This document shows positions 1 through 11,965 of a DNA stretch of 64,000 nucleotides, one piece after another (the first letter of the stretch is position 1; each line of letters starts with the position of its first letter). The position numbers and the translations under genes were made by a program. The stretch covers positions 8,629 through 72,628 of the forward strand of contig CABRNM010000002.1 of NCBI GenBank assembly GCA_902472315.1. The letters run 5' to 3'. Under the pieces are notes generated by a model, which searched no databases, was not told the origin of the DNA, and saw only the letters and a list, made by a program, of their open reading frames with translations. Source of the DNA: an uncultured Collinsella sp. (GTDB taxonomy: Bacteria; Actinomycetota; Coriobacteriia; Coriobacteriales; Coriobacteriaceae).

Positions 1-2
1 TC

Positions 3-74
3 TTCTGCATCCTGGTCGTGGCCATCTCCATGATCCAGCTTAAGGCCACGAGGTCCAAGGAGGTGCAGCAGTAA
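3..74 (+). CDS. C-terminal end of carbohydrate ABC transporter permease (partial, window edge)
   Basis: Reads FCILVVAISMIQLKATRSKEVQQ*; the stop overlaps the next start (TAATG); context of a sugar ABC operon. Confidence 0.75.
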   Translation, partial: FCILVVAISMIQLKATRSKEVQQ

Positions 75-913
75 TGAAACGCGATAAGGTTATCAACCGC
101 GCGCTCTCGATTTTCTTTACGATCCTGTCGCTCGCGTGGATCTACCCCGTGTTCATGATTGCGCTTAATTCTTTTAAGAAAGCGACCGCAATCAGCACCA
201 CCACGGCATTCGATCTGCTCACGCCCGAGACGTTCAACGGCCTCGCAAACTACATGCACGCCCTTAACGAGCAGGGCTTTGCCTCGGCATTTATGTACTC
301 GCTCATCATCACGGTCACGTCGGTCGTGCTGATCTTGGTGTGCTGCTCCATGTGCGCTTGGTACGTGGTTCGTGTCAACAACAAGATCTCGAACTTCTTC
401 TATTACCTGTTCGTGTTCTCGATGGTCGTGCCGTTCCAGATGCTCATGTTCACGCTGTCCAATTTGGCGGACCGCATCGGCTTCAACACGCCGTTCAACA
501 TCTGCTTTATCTACCTCGGCTTTGGCGCGGGCCTGGCGGTCTTTATGTTCGCCGGTTTTGTAAAGAACATCCCGCTCGAGATCGAGGAGGCGGCCATGAT
601 TGATGGCTGCAACCCGGTCCAGGTGTTCTTTAAGATCGTCCTTCCCATCATGAAGCCCACCTATCTTTCGGTCGGCATCCTCGAGACCATGTGGGTCTGG
701 AACGACTATCTGCTGCCCTACCTTACGCTCGACTCCACCAAGTACAAGACCATTCCTATCTTGATCCAGTACTTCCGCGGCGGCTACGGCCACGTCGAGC
801 TCGGTCCCATGATGGCCTGCATCATGATGGTTGTTATCCCCATCGTCGTCATGTACATCCTCTGCCAGAAGTACATCATCGACGGCGTGGTGGCAGGTGC
901 CGTCAAGGGCTGA
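74..913 (+). CDS. Carbohydrate ABC transporter permease (MalG-like)
   Basis: Multiple TM segments, EAA motif IEEAAMIDGC, WVWNDYL, C-terminal GVVAGAVKG. Confidence 0.93.
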   Translation: MKRDKVINRALSIFFTILSLAWIYPVFMIALNSFKKATAISTTTAFDLLTPETFNGLANYMHALNEQGFASAFMYSLIITVTSVVLILVCCSMCAWYVVRVNNKISNFFYYLFVFSMVVPFQMLMFTLSNLADRIGFNTPFNICFIYLGFGAGLAVFMFAGFVKNIPLEIEEAAMIDGCNPVQVFFKIVLPIMKPTYLSVGILETMWVWNDYLLPYLTLDSTKYKTIPILIQYFRGGYGHVELGPMMACIMMVVIPIVVMYILCQKYIIDGVVAGAVKG

Positions 914-980
914 TGCCGTAACTGTTTTGCAAGTTTCTGCGGCGCCCTCAACATGGTGCCGCATATCGAAAGGTAAAGAC

Positions 981-2180
981 ATGGCCGAGATCGTTCTCAA
1001 ACATGTTCAGAAGGTGTATCCCAACAACGAGTCAAAAAAGAAAGGCTTCTTTGGCAAAAAGAAGAAGACCGAGGAGAAGAAGCACAACCTCAAGGTTACC
1101 GAGGACGGTGTGCTCGCTGTAGAGGACTTCAACCTCACCGTTCACGACCAGGAGTTCGTCGTCCTCGTTGGCCCCTCTGGCTGCGGTAAGTCCACGACGA
1201 TGCGCATGGTCGCCGGCCTGGAGGACATTACCTCGGGCGATGTGCTCATCGACGGCAAGCGTGTCAACGACGTGGCGCCCAAGGACCGCGACATCGCCAT
1301 GGTGTTCCAGAGCTACGCTCTGTACCCCAATATGACGGTGTACGAGAACATGGCATTTACGCTCGAGCTCAAGAAGGTTCCCAAGGACGAGATCGACCGC
1401 AAGGTTCGCTCTGCTGCCGAGATTCTGGGCATTACCGAGTACCTCGACCGTAAGCCCAAGGCGCTCTCCGGCGGCCAGCGCCAGCGTGTCGCTATCGGCC
1501 GCGCCATCGTGCGTGACCCCAAGGTCTTCCTGATGGACGAGCCGCTGTCCAACCTGGACGCCAAGCTTCGTAACCAGATGCGTGCCGAGCTCATTAAGCT
1601 GCGCCACGAGATCAAGGGCACGTTCATTTATGTTACTCACGACCAGACCGAGGCTATGACCCTCGGTGACCGTATCGTGGTCATGAAGGACGGCGTTGTC
1701 CAGCAGATCGCCACGCCGCAGGAGGTCTTCAACCATCCCGCGAACATCTTCGTCGCCGGCTTCATCGGCGTGCCGCAGATGAACTTCTTCGATGCCCAGC
1801 TGGTGCGCTCGGGCAACGGCTTTACCGTCAAGACCGAGGATATGAACGTGGCGCTCGCCCCCGAGACTTGCGCTCAGCTTGCCCTCAACTGGGACGGCGG
1901 CGACGTGAAGGAGATTACGGCCGGCGTGCGTCCCGAGCAGATCCTGCTTGCCGACAAGGGCGAGGAGGGCGCGCTCCAGGGTACCGTCGAGGTGACCGAG
2001 CTCATGGGCTCGACCGAGCATGTCCACGTGACCGCTCCCGACGGCCAGTTTGTCCTGATTATCCCCGTCGTCGACCTCGAGGCCAAGGGCGCGCTCAAGG
2101 CTGGCGACACCATCTGGTTCAAGTTCGAGAAGAACGCGACCCACCTCTTCGATAAGGTCTCTGGCAAGAACCTTATCTAG
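981..2180 (+). CDS. Sugar ABC transporter ATP-binding subunit (MalK/MsmK family)
   Basis: Walker A GPSGCGKST, LSGGQRQR, DEPLSNLD, C-terminal TOBE-like region; RBS GAAAGG before ATG at 981. Confidence 0.95.
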   Translation: MAEIVLKHVQKVYPNNESKKKGFFGKKKKTEEKKHNLKVTEDGVLAVEDFNLTVHDQEFVVLVGPSGCGKSTTMRMVAGLEDITSGDVLIDGKRVNDVAPKDRDIAMVFQSYALYPNMTVYENMAFTLELKKVPKDEIDRKVRSAAEILGITEYLDRKPKALSGGQRQRVAIGRAIVRDPKVFLMDEPLSNLDAKLRNQMRAELIKLRHEIKGTFIYVTHDQTEAMTLGDRIVVMKDGVVQQIATPQEVFNHPANIFVAGFIGVPQMNFFDAQLVRSGNGFTVKTEDMNVALAPETCAQLALNWDGGDVKEITAGVRPEQILLADKGEEGALQGTVEVTELMGSTEHVHVTAPDGQFVLIIPVVDLEAKGALKAGDTIWFKFEKNATHLFDKVSGKNLI

Positions 2181-2250
2181 GCCCGGTGCATCCAGGCCCT
2201 CCCTTTGGGCGACTGCGGTATTGCCATCCTTTTGCCGCGGTCACATATAA

Positions 2251-2292
2251 GGTTCCCCTCCCGTCCACTGGGCGAGAGGGGAGCCTTTCTTT
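2251..2292 (+). terminator. Rho-independent terminator of the ABC operon
   Basis: GGTTCCCCTC...GAGGGGAGCC stem followed by TTTCTTT. Confidence 0.7.
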
Positions 2293-2320
2293 GTGTTGGG
2301 GCTGTCTGACCGGTCGTTTG

Positions 2321-2533
2321 TCTCGATCTGTAACGGGTGAGGCTGATTTCGGACGTTAGATGTTACAGATCGAGACGGTTCCGCTGAGCTAACCATTTCA
2401 TCTAAATCTGTAACACCAAAGGTGAATTTCAGCTGCTAGATGTTACAGATCGAGATTGACCCAAGGGGGGGCGGTATGTCTCAATCTGTAACAGCTGGGG
2501 CCGTTTCTACCGAGTAGCTGTTACAGATTGAGA
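2321..2533. repeat. Array of six alternating inverted 14-bp motifs (TCTCGATCTGTAAC / GTTACAGATCGAGA)
   Basis: Forward copies at 2321, 2401, 2479; reverse copies at 2362, 2442, 2520; 27-nt inner spacers. Confidence 0.9.
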
Positions 2534-2633
2534 TTCTTCGGTCGAGTCGGGTCACAGGGTAACGTGCGGGCACAAAAAACGGAGCCGTGTCGCCACGACT
2601 CCGCTTTCAAGAGGATGGGTAAAGGAAACGAAA

Positions 2634-4901
<2,268 letters not shown>

Positions 4902-5029
4902 GTTTTCTCCTGTGATGGGTTGTTTCATGTCTGCAATTCATAAGAAGCCCGCGCGAGGGGATTGGGGTGGCCTCGCGCGGGAAAAGCAAGCGCGTCCGCA
5001 CGGTGGGGAGGGGTCGGGCGCGGTAGCTC

Positions 5030-6550
5030 CTATTGAGGAAGTTCGATTTCGGCTTCCGACGGGATGCGGAAGTAGGTCTCGGTCCAGTCGGTGAGTTTGT
5101 GCTCGAGCTCGCGGGTGATGGCGCCGTCGAGCATGCGCCAGGTCCAGTTGCCGCCCAGCGTGGCAGGGGTGTTGATGCGCGCCTCGTTGCCCAAGTTGAG
5201 CAGGTCCTGCATGGTGTAGATGCACGTGTCGCTCACGCTGGCGGCGATGGTGCGATTGAGTGCATCTGCCATGGGTTCGCCGGCCTGCTGATGGGTGTAC
5301 AGGGCTGCCTGCTCGCGCTGACGCGGGGTGGCCGTTCCCTCAAACCAACCGCGCGCCGTCTCGTTGTCGTGGGTGCCCACGTAGGCGACGGTGTTGGCAA
5401 TGTAGTTATGCGGCAGGTAGTACGAGTTGGTGCCCTCAAAGGCAAACTGCAGGATCTTCATGCCGGGGAAGCCCGAGTTGTCGCGCATGTCGATGACGCC
5501 GGGGGTGAGGAAGCCCAAGTCCTCGGCGATGATGGGCAGCGTGCCGAGCTTTTCCTCGAGCGTCTTGAAGAACTTGAGGCCGGGACCCTGCGTCCACGAA
5601 CCGTAGGACGAATCGGGCGAGGAGAACGGCACCTCCCAATAGGCCTCGAAGCCGCGGAAGTGATCCAGGCGGATGACGTCGTACATGTCGAGGGCGGCGC
5701 GAATGCGGCCCTCCCACCAGGAGAAGCCGTCGGACTCCATGGCGTCCCAGTCGTAGATGGGGTTGCCCCAGTACTGGCCGGTGGCCGAGAACTGGTCGGG
5801 CGGCGTGCCGGCGACGCTCACGGGATTGCCGGCGGCGTCGATCTTAAAGAGCTCAGGCGTCGCCCACATCTCGACGGAGTCACGCGAGACATAGATGGGC
5901 AGGTCGCCGATGATGAGAATGTCGCGCTCGTTGGCATAGGCCTTGAGGCGGCTCCACTGGCGATCGAAGAAGTACTGCGTCATCTGGTGGTAGAGCATAC
6001 GCGCCGGATGGTCGGCGCAGACCTTGGCGGAAGCCTCGCCGCGGGTGCGGAGCTCCGCGGGCCACTCCCAAAACGCCTTGAGACCGCACTCCTCTTTGAC
6101 GGTCATGAACTCACAGTAGGGGATGAGCCAGTCCTCGTTGGCCTGGATAAAGTCATCGAAATCGGCCGGCTTGTCGGCAGCAAAGCGCTCAGCGGCTCGG
6201 TCGAGAATCTGACGGCGGCCACCAAAGATAGCACCGTAGTCGACATTGCTGGGGTCGGATCCCAGATACACGCCATCGATATCGCGCTGCTCCAGATACC
6301 CTGCCTCGATAAGCTCGGCAAAGTCGATAAAGTTGGGGTTGCCTGCGCGGGCCGAGAACGACTGATAGGGCGAATCGCCATAGCTGGTCGTCGTAAGGGG
6401 CAGAATCTGCCAGTAATGTTGTTTGCACGAGGCGAGAAAATCGACGAAGTCGTAGGCATTCCAGCCAAAGCCGCCGATTCCGTATGGTCCGGGCAGAGAT
6501 GAGACGGGCATGAGGACGCCGCTTGCACGCTCCATGAATGCGCTCACCAA
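5030..6550 (-). CDS. malQ: 4-alpha-glucanotransferase (amylomaltase, GH77)
   Basis: WQILPL..GDSPYQS, IIGDLPIYV, RLDHFRGF, IIAEDLG, YVGTHDN; start could be 6535. Confidence 0.95.
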   Translation of the reverse strand: MVSAFMERASGVLMPVSSLPGPYGIGGFGWNAYDFVDFLASCKQHYWQILPLTTTSYGDSPYQSFSARAGNPNFIDFAELIEAGYLEQRDIDGVYLGSDPSNVDYGAIFGGRRQILDRAAERFAADKPADFDDFIQANEDWLIPYCEFMTVKEECGLKAFWEWPAELRTRGEASAKVCADHPARMLYHQMTQYFFDRQWSRLKAYANERDILIIGDLPIYVSRDSVEMWATPELFKIDAAGNPVSVAGTPPDQFSATGQYWGNPIYDWDAMESDGFSWWEGRIRAALDMYDVIRLDHFRGFEAYWEVPFSSPDSSYGSWTQGPGLKFFKTLEEKLGTLPIIAEDLGFLTPGVIDMRDNSGFPGMKILQFAFEGTNSYYLPHNYIANTVAYVGTHDNETARGWFEGTATPRQREQAALYTHQQAGEPMADALNRTIAASVSDTCIYTMQDLLNLGNEARINTPATLGGNWTWRMLDGAITRELEHKLTDWTETYFRIPSEAEIELPQ

Positions 6551-6698
6551 CCTTCTTGTTGTGGGGTCGGCCTGCCGATGGGTGTGCAGTCCGCCTCCGA
6601 TGTTCTGATTCGATACGCCTATTGTAAAACATGTTGTTTAAACATGTACAGGCAAGATAAAAAAGTTGGTCGATTTTCGGCGAATGGTTACATGCCAT

Positions 6699-6733
6699 GA
6701 AAAAGCCCCGACCTCACAACGTGAGATCGGGGC
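6699..6733 (-). terminator. Terminator downstream of galE
   Basis: AAAAAGCCCCGACCTCAC-AAC-GTGAGATCGGGGC: hairpin with U-tract on the minus strand. Confidence 0.7.
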
Positions 6734-6755
6734 AAGAGCGGTATGTAGGTTTTTG

Positions 6756-7817
6756 CTACTCGGCGTCGGCGAAGCCGTTGGGGTTGTGGCTCTGCCAGTT
6801 CCAGCTATCGCGGCACATGTCCGCGATGTCGTACTGGGCCTTCCAGCCCATCATGCGCTCGGCCTTGGAGGCATCGCACCAGTTGGCGGCGATGTCGCCG
6901 GCGCGGCGCTCGCGGATCACGTAGGGCAGCTCCTTGCCACAAGCCTTGGAGAAGGCGGCGACGACCTCGAGTACCGAGGTGCCGGTGCCGGTGCCCAGGT
7001 TAAAGATCTCGACGCCGGTCTTGCCGTTCATCCAGTTAAGGGCGGCAACGTGACCAGAGGCCAGATCGCACACGTGGATGTAGTCGCGCACGCCGGTGCC
7101 GTCGGGGGTGGGGTAGTCGTTGCCAAAGACCTGAACGGCCTCGAGCTTGCCCACGGCGACCTGGGCGACATAGGGCACCAGGTTGTTGGGGATGCCCTTG
7201 GGGTCCTCGCCGATCAGGCCCGACGGATGAGCGCCGATGGGGTTGAAGTAACGGAGCAGCACGACGTCCCACTCGGGGTCGGCGGTGTGGACGTCCATAA
7301 GGATCTGCTCGATCATCCACTTGGTCCAACCATAGGGGTTGGTCGCGGGCTTCTTAGGATCCTCCTCGGTGACGGGCGGGTTGTCCGGGTCGCCGTAGAC
7401 GGTCGAGGAGCTCGAGAAGATGATGGACTTGCAGCCATGGTTGCGCATGACGTCGATGAGCACCAGGGTGTTCTCGATGTTGTTGTGATAGTACTCGACG
7501 GGCTTGCTCACCGACTCGCCGACGGCCTTAAAGCCGGCAAAGTGGATGACGCGGTCGATCTGATGGGTATCGAAGATCTTGTTCATCGCATCGCGGTCGA
7601 GCACGTTGGCCTCGTAGAAGGTGAGGTTCTTGGCGGCCTCGTCGCCCACGATGGTCTTGACGCGGTCGACGGCGACGGCGCTGGAGTTGGAGAGATCATC
7701 GACGATGACGACCTGGTAGCCACCCTCGAGCAGCTGAACGACGGTGTGCGAGCCGATAAAGCCGGCGCCACCGGTAACGAGGACGCAGGTGTCTTTGGGG
7801 TCGAGTGCTTTGGACAT
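6756..7817 (-). CDS. galE: UDP-glucose 4-epimerase
   Basis: GGAGFIG, HFAGFKAVGES, YxxxK (YGWTK), LRYFNPIGAH, DGTGVRDYIHV. Confidence 0.96.
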   Translation of the reverse strand: MSKALDPKDTCVLVTGGAGFIGSHTVVQLLEGGYQVVIVDDLSNSSAVAVDRVKTIVGDEAAKNLTFYEANVLDRDAMNKIFDTHQIDRVIHFAGFKAVGESVSKPVEYYHNNIENTLVLIDVMRNHGCKSIIFSSSSTVYGDPDNPPVTEEDPKKPATNPYGWTKWMIEQILMDVHTADPEWDVVLLRYFNPIGAHPSGLIGEDPKGIPNNLVPYVAQVAVGKLEAVQVFGNDYPTPDGTGVRDYIHVCDLASGHVAALNWMNGKTGVEIFNLGTGTGTSVLEVVAAFSKACGKELPYVIRERRAGDIAANWCDASKAERMMGWKAQYDIADMCRDSWNWQSHNPNGFADAE

Positions 7818-8083
7818 GTAGTCTCCTATCGAATCAGGAACACTTCTTCAGGGGAGTATAGCGCAGGCAGTTGTTCCAAGAACGTACGCGGCAGGAAAAG
7901 CAGAGGATTATGCTAACGTACTCATAGAAGAGCTTGCACACGCATAACCTGATCTTTGACGCTCGCTTACGAGCCGCCGACCTTGCAGTTTCCTGCCGTT
8001 CGTGGAAATCGTTGGGACGCGCCATATGTACGCTAATATGTATGAGTTGAGCGACATATAAATAAGCATGTAACGGAGTACAT

Positions 8084-9292
8084 ATGTCACCAAACAGCGA
8101 TTCCATCCTTTCCCAGGAGCTCTCGCGCCGCACTGCCCTCAAGGCCCTGTTCGGCGCCGCTTCTGCGGCAGTTCTTTTTGGCCTGCCCGCTCGCGCCCAT
8201 GCGGCGGAGGCTTCCAAAGAAACCACCGATAAACTGAATGCCGCCCAGGCCCAGCTCGACGAGGTTCAGGCCCAGCTCGACAGCATCGCAAATGAGTATG
8301 CGGCGCTGGCCAACAAGAATGCCCAGACCCTCAACGACATCGAGAATGTCCAGGGCAAGATTGACGACACGCAGGCCCAGATCGATGAAAAGAAGGCCGA
8401 GCTCAAGAAGAAGCGCAACGACCTTTCCGATCGCGTGGCCGCTAGCTACAAGTCCGGCGGCACGAACATCCTGTCGCTGCTGCTGGCCTCTGGCTCGTTT
8501 GAGGAACTCGTCGCCAACGCGCATTACGTTGAGAAGATCAACAAGAGCGACCGCGACGCCATCGAGGACATCCAGACGATTCAGGCTGAGCTCGACGCAC
8601 AGAAGACCGAGCTCGAAGCACAAAAGGCCGACCTGGAGAAACTCAAGGACCAGCAGACGGCTCAGATGCAGGATATGCAGGCCAAGCAGCAAGAAGTCCA
8701 GACCGTGCTGAACGGTCTTTCCGACGACGTCAAGGAGCTCATGGCTCAGCGTGATTCCGAGATCCTCGCTGCTGCCCAGGCTGAGGAGGCCGCTAGGAAG
8801 GCGGCTGCGGCAGCCGCGGCCTCTGCGAACAAGAACAATTCCTACTCGGGTGGTTCGAGCTCGGGTGGCGGATCGTATGCCGGCGGCACCCCGCAACAGA
8901 CGGGCGGTTCGGGCAAGCAGCAGGCCGTCGTCAATGCGTGCTACTCGACGCCTTCTCCCGGCCAGGGCTGGTGCGCTGCCTGGGTTACCAACGTCTTCCG
9001 CAATGCCGGCGTGGGCTATTTTGGCGGCAACGCGTGTGACATGTTCAACGCCTGGTGCTATAGCTCCGACCGCTCGGCGCTGCAGGTGGGCATGATCGTT
9101 GCCGATTCCTCGCACAGCGGCACGGGTGCTCCGGGTCTTATTTACGGTCATGTGGGTATCTACGTTGGCGGCGGCATCGTTATGAGCAACGAGGGTGCCA
9201 TTACGTCTAAGTCGCTTGATTCGTTTATTAGCTTCTATGGCACTGGCTCTGGCGTGCGCTGGGGCTGGCTCGGCGGTATTGCGCTGTCGTAA
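8084..9292 (+). CDS. Tat-secreted coiled-coil peptidoglycan hydrolase (PcsB/CwlO-like, C-terminal CHAP/NlpC-like domain)
   Basis: SRRTALK twin-arginine signal ending in AHA, long coiled coil, Ala/Gly/Ser linker, GWCAAWV and YGHVGIY Cys/His motifs. Confidence 0.8.
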   Translation: MSPNSDSILSQELSRRTALKALFGAASAAVLFGLPARAHAAEASKETTDKLNAAQAQLDEVQAQLDSIANEYAALANKNAQTLNDIENVQGKIDDTQAQIDEKKAELKKKRNDLSDRVAASYKSGGTNILSLLLASGSFEELVANAHYVEKINKSDRDAIEDIQTIQAELDAQKTELEAQKADLEKLKDQQTAQMQDMQAKQQEVQTVLNGLSDDVKELMAQRDSEILAAAQAEEAARKAAAAAAASANKNNSYSGGSSSGGGSYAGGTPQQTGGSGKQQAVVNACYSTPSPGQGWCAAWVTNVFRNAGVGYFGGNACDMFNAWCYSSDRSALQVGMIVADSSHSGTGAPGLIYGHVGIYVGGGIVMSNEGAITSKSLDSFISFYGTGSGVRWGWLGGIALS

Positions 9293-9311
9293 CTGCGGTT
9301 TGAAGCAGGTT

Positions 9312-9442
9312 GGTCCGGGACTGCGGGCGAGGCATAAGGTTGCCTGCTCTACAGTCCTGCGCAAGACGAAGGCCACATTAAGTGGCCTTCTTTGCGTGCG
9401 GAACTCGCGACCAACCTTATGCCTCGCCCGCAGTCCCGGACC
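9312..9442. repeat. REP-like palindromic element with perfect 31-bp inverted arms
   Basis: GGTCCGGGACTGCGGGCGAGGCATAAGGTTG (9312-9342) is the reverse complement of 9412-9442; inner hairpin GAAGGCCAC-ATTAA-GTGGCCTTC. Confidence 0.85.
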
Positions 9443-9520
9443 TTCCGGGTTCGGGGCGCCACACGCCGGACTGGGTTATCTGAATAGATATGGCGAAGGC
9501 CCCTTTCGGGGCCTTCTTTT

Positions 9521-10483
9521 TTATAAAAATTCGCCTACTCGGTGGACTTCGGGTTCTAGGTCTACGTTGAATTGGTCTTTGACGGTTGCCTGGATGTGGC
9601 GGATGAGTTCGTCGACATCGGTGGCGGTGGCGTGGTCGGCGTTGACGATGAAGCCGCAGTGTTTCTCGCTCACCTGCGCGCCGCCAACGGCGTGTCCTCG
9701 CAGGCCGGCATCCATGATGAGTTTGCCGGCAAAGTAACCCTCGGGGCGCTTGAAAGTGGAGCCGGCACTCGGCATGTCGAGCGGCTGCTTGTCCTCGCGG
9801 CGCTGGCGGTAGTCGTCCATGTCGGCCTTGATCATCGCGGCGTTGCCCGGAGCGAGATTGAAGGTGGCCGAAAGCACGATGAAGCCGTCGTCGGCAATGC
9901 GGCTCTTGCGATAGCCCAGGTTGAGCTCATCGACATCGAACTCAATGATATTGCCGCTGCCGCGGGTGCCGTCGTCGAGCTGGCGAGCGGGTTTGTAGAC
10001 GCGCACGGACTCCAGCACATCGGCCATGCAGGCACCGTAGGCACCGGCGTTCATGTAGCAGGCGCCGCCGACCGATCCGGGGATGCCCGAGATGGGCTCC
10101 ATGCCGGTGAGACAGGCCTCGGCTGCCGCGGCTGCGACATCGGAAAGCAGCGCGCCGGCTGCCGCCGTGACGTGCGTGCCGTCGATCGTAATGTCGGAGA
10201 GGCCTTCGCCCAGCGCCACGACGACGCCGCGGATGCCCTTGTCGCCGACGAGTAGGTCGGAGCCGTTGCCCACGATGGTGAGGGGCAGATCGCAGCGATA
10301 GCAGGTATCGAGCGTGGCGACGAGGCCCTGCTCGGTATCGGGCGTGACAAAGACGTCGGCCGGGCCGCCGATCTTAAACGTGGTGTGCTCGCGCATGGGC
10401 TCGCTCATCAGTACGTTGTCCTCGCCGGCAACGCCAGCAAGCGCGCACAGCAGGTCCTCGTTAAAAAAGTCGTTCTCGTGCAT
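9521..10483 (-). CDS. murB: UDP-N-acetylenolpyruvoylglucosamine reductase
   Basis: HTTFKIGGPAD, GIPGSVGGA..MNAGAYG, PSAGSTFKRP, SEKHCGFIVN. Confidence 0.95.
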   Translation of the reverse strand: MHENDFFNEDLLCALAGVAGEDNVLMSEPMREHTTFKIGGPADVFVTPDTEQGLVATLDTCYRCDLPLTIVGNGSDLLVGDKGIRGVVVALGEGLSDITIDGTHVTAAAGALLSDVAAAAAEACLTGMEPISGIPGSVGGACYMNAGAYGACMADVLESVRVYKPARQLDDGTRGSGNIIEFDVDELNLGYRKSRIADDGFIVLSATFNLAPGNAAMIKADMDDYRQRREDKQPLDMPSAGSTFKRPEGYFAGKLIMDAGLRGHAVGGAQVSEKHCGFIVNADHATATDVDELIRHIQATVKDQFNVDLEPEVHRVGEFL

Positions 10484-10666
10484 ACGAATATCCGCCTTTT
10501 GGTGGTCGTTGTCATCAATCGATTGCAATATACCCCACCCGGACGGATTTGGTGCGCTGGCGGCGATAAAACAGCCGTCTACCGGATTGGTAAAGTGTTT
10601 ATCACCGAGGTAGAGGGGTAGTCGCTATACTTTCAAGAGATTGCGCGTAAACCCGGAAGGAGCGAG

Positions 10667-11695
10667 ATGGCCAACAAAGTCACCCTCAAGCAGATCGCCC
10701 AGGAGGTGGGGCTTTCCCCCTCGTCGGTCTCGCTTGTGCTCAATAATCGGCCCTGTCGCATCTCGGAAGAAAACCGCAAGCTCATCAAAGAGGTCGCGGC
10801 GCGCAACCACTATGTTCCCAACCAGATCGCGCGCAGCCTGGTCATGCGCGAGTCGCGCACCCTGGGCCTTATCGTCCCTAACATCGAGAGCCGCTTTTTT
10901 GCTTCGCTCGCCGGTAGCCTGGAAAAGCGCTGCCGCGAGGACGGCTATGCGCTCTTCATTACCAGCTCGGGCGGAAGCGCCGATGACGATCTGGAGCTGC
11001 TGCGCCAGCTGGTAACGCGCGGCGTTGATGGCGTCTTCCTGGTCGTGGGCGACGAGTTCTCCGACGACCGCGCCCTGCGCGAAGAAGTCAGCCATCTGCC
11101 TATCCCTGCCGTGATGGTCGACCGTGCCATTGAGGGGCTCGAGTGCGACAAGGTGATGTTCGACCACGAGATGGGTGGCTACATGGCCACTCGCTATCTG
11201 ATCGAGCAGGGCCACCGTCGCATTGCCTGCTTGGTTAACGCGCGCCGTTCCAATACGGGGCGTAAGCGACTTGCCGGCTATGAGCGCGCGCTGCGCGAGG
11301 TTGGCCTGCCTATCGACGCACGTTTGGAGTTTGAGAGCGAGTACTACATTCCGAGTGCCTACGAGGCCTCGGAGGCGGTGCTCGCAACTGATGCCACCGC
11401 CGTGTTCGCAAGCTCGGATAACATTGCCCTTGGTTTGCTCAAGCGCCTGCACGAGATGGGGAAGAGCATCCCGGGCGATATCTCGGTGGTGAGCTATGAC
11501 AACTCGGCGGCCGACGTTCTCTTTGAGCCGGCGCTGACCGCGATTGAGCAGGATCCTGGTGTCCTTGCGGAGCATGCTTTTGGCTGCATGTCCAAGCGTC
11601 TTGCCGGTAGGGGCGGCAGGCGTGCCGAAGAGGTCGTCCTGGAGCCGGCGCTTATCGTTAAGGGCAGCGTGCTCGAACTTACCGAATGTAGCTAA
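10667..11695 (+). CDS. LacI family transcriptional regulator
   Basis: N-terminal HTH VTLKQIAQEVGLSPSSVSLVLN, YVPNQIARSL, sugar-binding domain. Confidence 0.95.
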   Translation: MANKVTLKQIAQEVGLSPSSVSLVLNNRPCRISEENRKLIKEVAARNHYVPNQIARSLVMRESRTLGLIVPNIESRFFASLAGSLEKRCREDGYALFITSSGGSADDDLELLRQLVTRGVDGVFLVVGDEFSDDRALREEVSHLPIPAVMVDRAIEGLECDKVMFDHEMGGYMATRYLIEQGHRRIACLVNARRSNTGRKRLAGYERALREVGLPIDARLEFESEYYIPSAYEASEAVLATDATAVFASSDNIALGLLKRLHEMGKSIPGDISVVSYDNSAADVLFEPALTAIEQDPGVLAEHAFGCMSKRLAGRGGRRAEEVVLEPALIVKGSVLELTECS

Positions 11696-11723
11696 GCGTA
11701 CTTGAATGTAGCTAAGCGTACTT
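11684..11723. repeat. Perfect 20-bp tandem duplication spanning the lacI stop codon
   Basis: GAATGTAGCTAAGCGTACTT x2. Confidence 0.9.
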
Positions 11724-11770
11724 GTTTATTTGCATAGATTGCATGCGGAGTGTCCGCTATTTGCCGGCGG

Positions 11771-11843
11771 GGCCGGGGAGGCGTGCTTTGTTTTGAGAAG
11801 TTCGCGAAGCCCACTTCTCAAAACAAAGCACGCCTCCCCGGCC
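11771..11843. repeat. Perfect 31-bp inverted repeat with 11-nt loop (REP-like or terminator)
   Basis: GGCCGGGGAGGCGTGCTTTGTTTTGAGAAGT and its exact reverse complement at 11813-11843. Confidence 0.85.
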
Positions 11844-11965
11844 TTCGCTCGTGCACTCTTCCGCTGAGCGAGCCATAGACGCCGCGTACCGATGCGGTAA
11901 AGCGGCGGCTTTAAATTGGTGCTATATTCAGCTTGAGTTGTTTAATGCTAGTACGGGAGGCTGAT

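Noticed and set aside
2321..2533. CRISPR array
   Set aside because: Motifs alternate in orientation and are only 14 bp; no cas genes
6620..6650. LacI-type operator upstream of malQ (AAACATGT twice)
   Set aside because: Plausible but too degenerate to support without a regulon comparison
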